In this document: positions 51,401 through 63,400 of the stretch, piece by piece
Numbering within the stretch: position 1 is the first letter of the stretch
Layout of the letters: each line of letters begins with the position of its first letter
Assembly: GCA_964016885.1 (NCBI GenBank)
Contig: OZ024744.1
Location: forward strand, 3,286,001 to 3,350,000
From: Eledone cirrhosa
Lineage: Eukaryota
Direction: 5' to 3'
DNA: 64,000 nt
The notes under the pieces: model-generated
Databases searched by the model: none
The model's input: only the letters and a program-made list of their open reading frames with translations
What the model was told of the DNA's origin: nothing
Position numbers and translations under genes: made by a program

Positions 51401-53990
51401 AGAGAAAGATAGCTTGGTGAAGAACGAAGTTTTGGGGGAAGACAAGGTAGAGAAAGATAGCTTGGTGAAGAACGAAGTTTTGGGGGAAGACAAGGTAGAG
51501 AAAGACAGCTTGGTGAAGAACGAAGTTTTGAGGGAAGACAAGGTAGAGAAAGATAGCTTGGTGAAGAACGACGTTTTGTGGGAAGACAAGGTAGAGAAAG
51601 ATAGCTTGGTGAAGAACGAAGTTTTGTGGGAAGACAAGGTAGAGAAAGATAGCTTGGTGAAGAACGAAGTTTTGGGGGAAGACAAGGTAGAGAAAGATAG
51701 CTTGGTGAAGAACGAAGTTTTGGGGGAAGACAAGGTAGAGAAAGATAGCTTGGTGAAGAACGAAGTTTTGGGGAAGACAATGTAGAGAAAGATATATTGG
51801 TGAAGAACGAAGTTTTGGGGGAAGACAAGGTAGAGAAAGATAGCTTGGTGAAGAACGAAGTTTTGAGGGAAGACAAGGTAGAGAAAGATAGCTTGGTGAA
51901 TAACGAAGTTTTGGGAGAAGACAAGGTAGAGAAAGATAGCGTGGTGAAGAACGACGTTTTGAGGGAAGACAAGGTAGAGAAAGATAGCTTGGTGAAGAAC
52001 GAAGTTTTGGGGGAAGACAAGGTAGAGAAAGATAGCTTGGTGAAGAACGAAGTTTTGGGGAAGACAATGTAGAGAAAGATAGCTTGGTGAAGAACGAAGT
52101 TTTGGGGGAAGACAAGGTAGAGAAAGATAGCTTGGTGAAGAACGAAGTTTTGGGGGGAAGACAAGGTAGAGAAAGATAGCTTGGTGAAGAACGACGTTTT
52201 GAGGGAAGACAAGGTAGAGAAAGATAGTTTGGTGAAGAACGAAGTTATGGGGAAGACAATGTAGAGAAAGATAGCTTGGTGAAGAACGAAGTTTTGGGGG
52301 AAGACAAGGTAGAGAAAGATAGCTTGGTGAAGAACGAAGTTCTGAGGGAAGACAAGGTAGAGAAAGATAGCTTGGTGAATAACGAAGTTTTGGGAGAAGA
52401 CAAGGTCGAGAAAGATAGCTTGGTGAAGAACGAAGTTTTGAGGGAAGACAATGTAGAGAAAGATAGCTTGGTGAAGAACGAAGTTTTGGGGGAAGACAAG
52501 GTAGAGTAAGATAGCTTGGTGAAGAACGAAGTTTTGGGGGAAGACAAGGTAGAGAAAGATAGCTTGGTGAAGAACGATGTTTTGGGGAAGACAATGTAGA
52601 GAAAGATAGCTTGGTGAAGAACGAAGTTTTGAGGGAAGACAAGGTATAGAAAGATAGCTTGGTGAATAACGAAGTTTTGGGAGAAGACAAGGTCGAGAAA
52701 GATAGCTTGGTGAAGAACGAAGTTTTGAGGGAAAACAATGTAGAGAAAGATAGCTTGGTGAAGAACGAAGTTTTGGGGGAAGACAAGGTAGAGAAAGATA
52801 GCTTGGTGAAGAACGAAGTTTTGGGGGAAGACAAGGTAGAGAAAGATAGCTTGGTGAAGGACGAAGTTTTGAGGGAAGACAAGGTAGAGAAAGATAGCTT
52901 GGTGAAGAACGACGTTTTGTGGGAAGACAAGGTAGAGAAAGATAGCTTGGTGAAGAACGAAGTTTTGTGGGAAGACAAGGTAGAGAAAGATAGCTTGGTG
53001 AAGAACGAAGTTTTGGGGGAAGACAATGTAGAGAAAGATAGCTTGGTGAAGAACGAAGTTTTGGGGGAAGACAAGGTAGAGAAAGATAGCTTGGTGAAGA
53101 ACGAAGTTTTGGGGGAAGACAAGGTAGAGAAAGACAGCTTGGTGAAGAACGAAGTTTTGAGGGAAGACAAGGTAGAGAAAGATAGCTTGGTGAAGAACGA
53201 CGTTTTGTGGGAAGACAAGGTAGAGAAAGATAGCTTGGTGAAGAACGAAGTTTTGTGGGAAGACAAGGTAGAGAAAGATAGCTTGGTGAAGAACGAAGTT
53301 TTGGGGGAAGACAAGGTAGAGAAAGATAGCTTGGTGAAGAACGAAGTTTTGGGGGAAGACAAGGTAGAGAAAGATAGCTTGGTGAAGAACGAAGTTTTGG
53401 GGAAGACAATGTAGAGAAAGATATATTGGTGAAGAACGAAGTTTTGGGGGAAGACAAGGTAGAGAAAGATAGCTTGGTGAAGAACGAAGTTTTGAGGGAA
53501 GACAAGGTAGAGAAAGATAGCTTGGTGAATAACGAAGTTTTGGGAGAAGACAAGGTAGAGAAAGATAGCGTGGTGAAGAACGACGTTTTGAGGGAAGACA
53601 AGGTAGAGAAAGATAGCTTGGTGAAGAACGAAGTTTTGGGGGAAGACAAGGTAGAGAAAGATAGCTTGGTGAAGAACGAAGTTTTGGGGAAGACAATGTA
53701 GAGAAAGATAGCTTGGTGAAGAACGAAGTTTTGGGGGAAGACAAGGTAGAGAAAGATAGCTTGGTGAAGAACGAAGTTTTGGGGGGAAGACAAGGTAGAG
53801 AAAGATAGCTTGGTGAAGAACGACGTTTTGAGGGAAGACAAGGTAGAGAAAGATAGTTTGGTGAAGAACGAAGTTATGGGGAAGACAATGTAGAGAAAGA
53901 TAGCTTGGTGAAGAACGAAGTTTTGGGGGAAGACAAGGTAGAGAAAGATAGCTTGGTGAAGAACGAAGTTCTGAGGGAAGACAAGGTAGA
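48440..53990 (+). repeat. Three related blocks at offsets 2156 and 1629 bp
   Basis: Identical 251-aa translations start at 48874, 51030 and 52659. Identical 91-aa translations start at 49641, 51797 and 53426. Ends are approximate. Confidence 0.8.
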
Positions 53991-56900
53991 GAAAGATAGC
54001 TTGGTGAAGAACGAAGTTTTGGGAGAAGACAAGGTAGAGAAAGATATCTTGGTGAAGAACGAAGTTTTGACGGAAGACAAGGTAGAGAAAGATAGCTTGG
54101 TGAAGAATGACGTTTTGTGGGAAGACAAGGTAGAGAAAGATAGGTTGGTGAAGAACGAAGTTTTGTGTGAAGACAAGCTAGAGAAAGATAGCTTGGTGAA
54201 GAACGAAGTTTTGGGGGAAGACAAGGTAGAGAAAGATAGATTGGTGAAGAACGAAGTTTTGAGGGATGACAAGGTAGAGAAAGATGACTTGGTGAAGAAC
54301 GAAGTTTTGGGGGAAGACAAGGTAGAGAAAGATAGCTTGGTGAAGAACGAAGTTTTGGGGGAAGACAAGGTAGAGTAAGATAGCTTGGTGAAGAACGAAG
54401 TTTTGGGGGAAGACAAGGTAGAGAAAGATAGCTTGGTGAAGAACGATGTTTTGGGGAAGACAATGTAGAGAAAGATAGCTTGGTGAAGAACGAAGTTTTG
54501 AGGGAAGACAAGGTATAGAAAGATAGCTTGGTGAATAACGAAGTTTTGGGAGAAGACAAGGTCGAGAAAGATAGCTTGGTGAAGAACGAAGTTTTGAGGG
54601 AAAACAATGTAGAGAAAGATAGCTTGGTGAAGAACGAAGTTTTGGGGGAAGACAAGGTAGAGAAAGATAGCTTGGTGAAGAACGAAGTTTTGGGGGAAGA
54701 CCAGGTAGAGAAAGATAGCTTGGTGAAGGACGAAGTTTTGAGGGAAGACAAGGTAGAGAAAGATAGCTTGGTGAAGAACGACGTTTTGTGGGAAGACAAG
54801 GTAGAGAAAGATAGCTTGGTGAAGAACGAAGTTTTGTGGGAAGACAAGGTAGAGAAAGATAGCTTGGTGAAGAACGAAGTTTTGGGGGAAGACAAGGTAG
54901 AGAAAGATAGCTTGGTGAAAAACGAAGTTTTGGGGGAAGACAAGGTAGAGAAAGATAGCTTGGTGAACAACGAAGTTTTGGGGGAAGACAAGGTAGAGAA
55001 AGATAGCTTGGTGAAGAACGAAGTTTTGGGGAAGACAATGTAGAGAAAGATATATTGGTGAAGAACGAAGTTTTGGGGGAAGACAAGGTAGAGAAAGATA
55101 GCTTGGTGAAGAACGAAGTTTTGAGGGAAGACAAGGTAGAGAAAGATAGCTTGGTGAATAACGAAGTTTTGGGAGAAGACAAGGTAGAGAAAGATAGCTT
55201 GGTGAAGAACGACGTTTTGAGGGAAGACAAGGTAGAGAAAGATAGCTTGGTGAAGAACGAAGTTTTGGGGAAGACAATGTAGAGAAAGATAGCTTGGTGA
55301 AGAACGAAGTTTTGGGGGAAGACAAGGTAGAGAAAGATAGCTTGGTGAAGAACGAAGTTTTGGGGGGAAGACAAGGTAGAGAAAGATAGCTTGGTGTAGA
55401 ACGACGTTTTGAGGGAAGACAAGGTAGAGAAAGATAGCTTGGTGAAGAACGAAGTTATGGGGAAGACAATGTAGAGAAAGATAGCTTGGTGAAGAACGAA
55501 GTTTTGGGGGAAGACAAGGTAGAGAAAGATAGCTTGGTGAAGAACGATGTTTTGGGGAAGACAATGTAGAGAAAGATAGCTTGGTGAAGAACGAAGTTTT
55601 GGGGGAAGACAAGGTAGAGAAAGATAGCTTGGTGAAGAACGAAGTTTTGAGGGAAGACAAGGTATAGAAAGATAGCTTGGTGAATAACGAAGTTTTGGGA
55701 GAAGACAAGGTCGAGAAAGATAGCTTGGTGAAGAACGAAGTTTTGAGGGAAGACAATGTAGAGAAAGATAGCTTGGTGAAGAACGAAGTTTTGGGGGAAG
55801 ACAAGGTAGAGTAAGATAGCTTGGTGAAGAACGAAGTTTTGGGGGAAGACAAGGTAGAGAAAGATAGCTTGGTGAAGAACGATGTTTTGGGGAAGACAAT
55901 GTAGAGAAAGATAGCTTGGTGAAGAACGAAGTTTTGAGGGAAGACAAGTTATAGAAAGATAGCTTGGTGAATAACGAAGTTTTGGGAGAAGACAAGGTCG
56001 AGAAAGATAGCTTGGTGAAGAACGAAGTTTTGAGGGAAAACAATGTAGAGAAAGATAGCTTGGTGAAGAACGAAGTTTTGGGGGAAGACAAGGTAGAGAA
56101 AGATAGCTTGGTGAAGAACGAAGTTTTGGGGGAAGACAAGGTAGAGAAAGATAGCTTGGTGAAGGACGAAGTTTTGAGGGAAGACAAGGTAGAGAAAGAT
56201 AGCTTGGTGAAGAACGACGTTTTGTGGGAAGACAAGGTAGAGAAAGATAGCTTGGTGAAGAACGAAGTTTTGTGGGAAGACAAGGTAGAGAAAGATAGCT
56301 TGGTGAAGAACGAAGTTTTGAGGGAAGACAAGGTATAGAAAGATAGCTTGGTGAATAACGAAGTTTTGGGAGAAGACAAGGTCGAGAAAGATAGCTTGGT
56401 GAAGAACGAAGTTTTGAGGGAAGACAAGGTATAGAAAGATAGCTTGGTGAATAACGAAGTTTTGGGGAAGACAATGTAGAGAAAGATAGCTTGGTGAAGA
56501 ACGAAGTTTTGGGGGAAGACAAGGTAGAGAAAGATAGCTTGGTGAAGAACGAAGTTTTGAGGGAAGACAAGGTATAGAAAGATAGCTTGGTGAATAACGA
56601 AGTTTTGGGAGAAGACAAGGTCGAGAAAGATAGCTTGGTGAAGAACGAAGTTTTGAGGGAAGACAATGTAGAGAAAGATAGCTTGGTGAAGAACGAAGTT
56701 TTGGGGGAAGACAAGGTAGAGAAAGATAGCTTGGTGAAGAACGAAGTTTTGGGGGAAGACAAGGTAGAGAAAGACAGCTTGGTGAAGAACGAAGTTTTGA
56801 GGGAAGACAAGGTAGAGAAAGATAGCTTGGTGAAGAACGACGTTTTGTGGGAAGACAAGGTAGAGAAAGATAGCTTGGTGAATAACGAAGTTTTGGGAGA

Positions 56901-59900
56901 AGACAAGGTAGAGAAAGATAGCTTGGTGAAGAACGACGTTTTGAGGGAAGACAAGGTAGAGAAAGATAGCTTGGTGAAGAACGAAGTTTTGGGGAAGACA
57001 ATGTAGAGAAAGATAGCTTGGTGAAGAACGAAGTTTTGGGGGAAGACAAGGTAGAGAAAGATAGCTTGGTGAAGAACGAAGTTTTGGGGGGAAGACAAGG
57101 TAGAGAAAGATAGCTTGGTGTAGAACGACGTTTTGGGGGGAAGACAAGGTAGAGAAAGATAGCTTGGTGAAGAACGACGTTTTGAGGGAAGACAAGGTAG
57201 AGAAAGATAGTTTGGTGAAGAACGAAGTTATGGGGAAGACAATGTAGAGAAAGATAGCTTGGTGAAGAACGAAGTTTTGGGGGAAGACAAGGTAGAGAAA
57301 GATAGCTTGGTGAAGAACGAAGTTCTGAGGGAAGACAAGGTAGAGAAAGATAGCTTGGTGAAGAACGAAGTTTTGGGAGAAGACAAGGTAGAGAAAGATA
57401 TCTTGGTGAAGAACGAAGTTTTGACGGAAGACAAGGTAGAGAAAGATAGCTTGGTGAAGAATGACGTTTTGTGGGAAGACAAGGTAGAGAAAGATAGGTT
57501 GGTGAAGAACGAAGTTTTGTGTGAAGACAAGCTAGAGAAAGATAGCTTGGTGAAGAACGAAGTTTTGGGGGAAGACAAGGTAGAGAAAGATAGATTGGTG
57601 AAGAACGAAGTTTTGAGGGATGACAAGGTAGAGAAAGATGACTTGGTGAAGAACGAAGTTTTGGGGGAAGACAAGGTAGAGAAAGATAGCTTGGTGAAGA
57701 ACGAAGTTTTGGGGGAAGACAAGGTAGAGTAAGATAGCTTGGTGAAGAACGAAGTTTTGGGGGAAGACAAGGTAGAGAAAGATAGCTTGGTGAAGAACGA
57801 TGTTTTGGGGAAGACAATGTAGAGAAAGATAGCTTGGTGAAGAACGAAGTTTTGAGGGAAGACAAGGTATAGAAAGATAGCTTGGTGAATAACGAAGTTT
57901 TGGGAGAAGACAAGGTCGAGAAAGATAGCTTGGTGAAGAACGAAGTTTTGAGGGAAAACAATGTAGAGAAAGATAGCTTGGTGAAGAACGAAGTTTTGGG
58001 GGAAGACAAGGTAGAGAAAGATAGCTTGGTGAAGAACGAAGTTTTGGGGGAAGACCAGGTAGAGAAAGATAGCTTGGTGAAGGACGAAGTTTTGAGGGAA
58101 GACAAGGTAGAGAAAGATAGCTTGGTGAAGAACGACGTTTTGTGGGAAGACAAGGTAGAGAAAGATAGCTTGGTGAAGAACGAAGTTTTGTGGGAAGACA
58201 AGGTAGAGAAAGATAGCTTGGTGAAGAACGAAGTTTTGGGGGAAGACAAGGTAGAGAAAGATAGCTTGGTGAAAAACGAAGTTTTGGGGGAAGACAAGGT
58301 AGAGAAAGATAGCTTGGTGAACAACGAAGTTTTGGGGGAAGACAAGGTAGAGAAAGATAGCTTGGTGAAGAACGAAGTTTTGGGGAAGACAATGTAGAGA
58401 AAGATATATTGGTGAAGAACGAAGTTTTGGGGGAAGACAAGGTAGAGAAAGATAGCTTGGTGAAGAACGAAGTTTTGAGGGAAGACAAGGTAGAGAAAGA
58501 TAGCTTGGTGAATAACGAAGTTTTGGGAGAAGACAAGGTAGAGAAAGATAGCTTGGTGAAGAACGACGTTTTGAGGGAAGACAAGGTAGAGAAAGATAGC
58601 TTGGTGAAGAACGAAGTTTTGGGGAAGACAATGTAGAGAAAGATAGCTTGGTGAAGAACGAAGTTTTGGGGGAAGACAAGGTAGAGAAAGATAGCTTGGT
58701 GAAGAACGAAGTTTTGGGGGGAAGACAAGGTAGAGAAAGATAGCTTGGTGTAGAACGACGTTTTGAGGGAAGACAAGGTAGAGAAAGATAGCTTGGTGAA
58801 GAACGAAGTTATGGGGAAGACAATGTAGAGAAAGATAGCTTGGTGAAGAACGAAGTTTTGGGGGAAGACAAGGTAGAGAAAGATAGCTTGGTGAAGAACG
58901 ATGTTTTGGGGAAGACAATGTAGAGAAAGATAGCTTGGTGAAGAACGAAGTTTTGGGGGAAGACAAGGTAGAGAAAGATAGCTTGGTGAAGAACGAAGTT
59001 TTGAGGGAAGACAAGGTATAGAAAGATAGCTTGGTGAATAACGAAGTTTTGGGAGAAGACAAGGTCGAGAAAGATAGCTTGGTGAAGAACGAAGTTTTGA
59101 GGGAAGACAATGTAGAGAAAGATAGCTTGGTGAAGAACGAAGTTTTGGGGGAAGACAAGGTAGAGTAAGATAGCTTGGTGAAGAACGAAGTTTTGGGGGA
59201 AGACAAGGTAGAGAAAGATAGCTTGGTGAAGAACGATGTTTTGGGGAAGACAATGTAGAGAAAGATAGCTTGGTGAAGAACGAAGTTTTGAGGGAAGACA
59301 AGTTATAGAAAGATAGCTTGGTGAATAACGAAGTTTTGGGAGAAGACAAGGTCGAGAAAGATAGCTTGGTGAAGAACGAAGTTTTGAGGGAAAACAATGT
59401 AGAGAAAGATAGCTTGGTGAAGAACGAAGTTTTGGGGGAAGACAAGGTAGAGAAAGATAGCTTGGTGAAGAACGAAGTTTTGGGGGAAGACAAGGTAGAG
59501 AAAGATAGCTTGGTGAAGGACGAAGTTTTGAGGGAAGACAAGGTAGAGAAAGATAGCTTGGTGAAGAACGACGTTTTGTGGGAAGACAAGGTAGAGAAAG
59601 ATAGCTTGGTGAAGAACGAAGTTTTGTGGGAAGACAAGGTAGAGAAAGATAGCTTGGTGAAGAACGAAGTTTTGAGGGAAGACAAGGTATAGAAAGATAG
59701 CTTGGTGAATAACGAAGTTTTGGGAGAAGACAAGGTCGAGAAAGATAGCTTGGTGAAGAACGAAGTTTTGAGGGAAGACAAGGTATAGAAAGATAGCTTG
59801 GTGAATAACGAAGTTTTGGGGAAGACAATGTAGAGAAAGATAGCTTGGTGAAGAACGAAGTTTTGGGGGAAGACAAGGTAGAGAAAGATAGCTTGGTGAA

Positions 59901-60489
59901 GAACGAAGTTTTGAGGGAAGACAAGGTATAGAAAGATAGCTTGGTGAATAACGAAGTTTTGGGAGAAGACAAGGTCGAGAAAGATAGCTTGGTGAAGAAC
60001 GAAGTTTTGAGGGAAGACAATGTAGAGAAAGATAGCTTGGTGAAGAACGAAGTTTTGGGGGAAGACAAGGTAGAGAAAGATAGCTTGGTGAAGAACGAAG
60101 TTTTGGGGGAAGACAAGGTAGAGAAAGACAGCTTGGTGAAGAACGAAGTTTTGAGGGAAGACAAGGTAGAGAAAGATAGCTTGGTGAAGAACGACGTTTT
60201 GTGGGAAGACAAGGTAGAGAAAGATAGCTTGGTGAATAACGAAGTTTTGGGAGAAGACAAGGTAGAGAAAGATAGCTTGGTGAAGAACGACGTTTTGAGG
60301 GAAGACAAGGTAGAGAAAGATAGCTTGGTGAAGAACGAAGTTTTGGGGAAGACAATGTAGAGAAAGATAGCTTGGTGAAGAACGAAGTTTTGGGGGAAGA
60401 CAAGGTAGAGAAAGATAGCTTGGTGAAGAACGAAGTTTTGGGGGGAAGACAAGGTAGAGAAAGATAGCTTGGTGTAGAACGACGTTTTG
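53776..60489 (+). repeat. Tandem duplication, period 3354 bp (70 monomers), two full copies
   Basis: The private variant GACCAGG occurs at 54701 and 58055. ORF starts are 53905/57259, 54528/57882, 55964/59318 and 56587/59941. A chimeric junction monomer lies at 57121-57140. Confidence 0.92.
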
Positions 60490-63400
60490 AGGGAAGACAA
60501 GGTAGAGAAAGATAGCTTGGTGAAGAACGAAGTTATGGGGAAGACAATGTAGAGAAAGATAGCTTGGTGAAGAACGAAGTTTTGGGGGAAGACAAGGTAG
60601 AGAAAGATAGCTTGGTGAAGAACGATGTTTTGGGGAAGACAATGTAGAGAAAGATAGCTTGGTGAAGAACGAAGTTTTGGGGGAAGACAAGGTAGAGAAA
60701 GATAGCTTGGTGAAGAACGAAGTTTTGAGGGAAGACAAGGTATAGAAAGATAGCTTGGTGAATAACGAAGTTTTGGGAGAAGACAAGGTCGAGAAAGATA
60801 GCTTGGTGAAGAACGAAGTTTTGAGGGAAGACAATGTAGAGAAAGATAGCTTGGTGAAGAACGAAGTTTTGGGGGAAGACAAGGTAGAGTAAGATAGCTT
60901 GGTGAAGAACGAAGTTTTGGGGGAAGACAAGGTAGAGAAAGATAGCTTGGTGAAGAACGATGTTTTGGGGAAGACAATGTAGAGAAAGATAGCTTGGTGA
61001 AGAACGAAGTTTTGAGGGAAGACAAGTTATAGAAAGATAGCTTGGTGAATAACGAAGTTTTGGGAGAAGACAAGGTCGAGAAAGATAGCTTGGTGAAGAA
61101 CGAAGTTTTGAGGGAAAACAATGTAGAGAAAGATAGCTTGGTGAAGAACGAAGTTTTGGGGGAAGACAAGGTAGAGAAAGATAGCTTGGTGAAGAACGAA
61201 GTTTTGGGGGAAGACAAGGTAGAGAAAGATAGCTTGGTGAAGGACGAAGTTTTGAGGGAAGACAAGGTAGAGAAAGATAGCTTGGTGAAGAACGACGTTT
61301 TGTGGGAAGACAAGGTAGAGAAAGATAGCTTGGTGAAGAACGAAGTTTTGTGGGAAGACAAGGTAGAGAAAGATAGCTTGGTGAAGAACGAAGTTTTGAG
61401 GGAAGACAAGGTATAGAAAGATAGCTTGGTGAATAACGAAGTTTTGGGAGAAGACAAGGTCGAGAAAGATAGCTTGGTGAAGAACGAAGTTTTGAGGGAA
61501 GACAAGGTATAGAAAGATAGCTTGGTGAATAACGAAGTTTTGGGGAAGACAATGTAGAGAAAGATAGCTTGGTGAAGAACGAAGTTTTGGGGGAAGACAA
61601 GGTAGAGAAAGATAGCTTGGTGAAGAACGAAGTTTTGAGGGAAGACAAGGTATAGAAAGATAGCTTGGTGAATAACGAAGTTTTGGGAGAAGACAAGGTC
61701 GAGAAAGATAGCTTGGTGAAGAACGAAGTTTTGAGGGAAGACAATGTAGAGAAAGATAGCTTGGTGAAGAACGAAGTTTTGGGGGAAGACAAGGTAGAGA
61801 AAGATAGCTTGGTGAAGAACGAAGTTTTGGGGGAAGACAAGGTAGAGAAAGACAGCTTGGTGAAGAACGAAGTTTTGAGGGAAGACAAGGTAGAGAAAGA
61901 TAGCTTGGTGAAGAACGACGTTTTGTGGGAAGACAAGGTAGAGAAAGATAGCTTGGTGAAGAACGAAGTTTTGTGGGAAGACAAGGTAGAGAAAGATAGC
62001 TTGGTGAAGAACGAAGTTTTGGGGGAAGACAAGGTAGAGAAAGATAGCTTGGTGAAGAACGAAGTTTTGGGGGAAGACAAGGTAGAGAAAGATAGCTTGG
62101 TGAAGAACGAAGTTTTGGGGAAGACAATGTAGAGAAAGATATATTGGTGAAGAACGAAGTTTTGGGGGAAGACAAGGTAGAGAAAGATAGCTTGGTGAAG
62201 AACGAAGTTTTGAGGGAAGACAAGGTAGAGAAAGATAGCTTGGTGAATAACGAAGTTTTGGGAGAAGACAAGGTAGAGAAAGATAGCGTGGTGAAGAACG
62301 ACGTTTTGAGGGAAGACAAGGTAGAGAAAGATAGCTTGGTGAAGAACGAAGTTTTGGGGGAAGACAAGGTAGAGAAAGATAGCTTGGTGAAGAACGAAGT
62401 TTTGGGGAAGACAATGTAGAGAAAGATAGCTTGGTGAAGAACGAAGTTTTGGGGGAAGACAAGGTAGAGAAAGATAGCTTGGTGAAGAACGAAGTTTTGG
62501 GGGGAAGACAAGGTAGAGAAAGATAGCTTGGTGAAGAACGACGTTTTGAGGGAAGACAAGGTAGAGAAAGATAGCTTGGTGAAGAACGAAGTTATGGGGA
62601 AGACAATGTAGAGAAAGATAGCTTGGTGAAGAACGAAGTTTTGGGGGAAGACAAGGTAGAGAAAGATAGCTTGGTGAAGAACGAAGTTCTGAGGGAAGAC
62701 AAGGTAGAGAAAGATAGCTTGGTGAAGAACGAAGTTTTGGGAGAAGACAAGGTAGAGAAAGATATCTTGGTGAAGAACGAAGTTTTGACGGAAGACAAGG
62801 TAGAGAAAGATAGCTTGGTGAAGAATGACGTTTTGTGGGAAGACAAGGTAGAGAAAGATAGGTTGGTGAAGAACGAAGTTTTGTGTGAAGACAAGCTAGA
62901 GAAAGATAGCTTGGTGAAGAACGAAGTTTTGGGGGAAGACAAGGTAGAGAAAGATAGATTGGTGAAGAACGAAGTTTTGAGGGATGACAAGGTAGAGAAA
63001 GATGACTTGGTGAAGAACGAAGTTTTGGGGGAAGACAAGGTAGAGAAAGATAGCTTGGTGAAGAACGAAGTTTTGGGGGAAGACAAGGTAGAGTAAGATA
63101 GCTTGGTGAAGAACGAAGTTTTGGGGGAAGACAAGGTAGAGAAAGATAGCTTGGTGAAGAACGATGTTTTGGGGAAGACAATGTAGAGAAAGATAGCTTG
63201 GTGAAGAACGAAGTTTTGAGGGAAGACAAGGTATAGAAAGATAGCTTGGTGAATAACGAAGTTTTGGGAGAAGACAAGGTCGAGAAAGATAGCTTGGTGA
63301 AGAACGAAGTTTTGAGGGAAAACAATGTAGAGAAAGATAGCTTGGTGAAGAACGAAGTTTTGGGGGAAGACAAGGTAGAGAAAGATAGCTTGGTGAAGAA

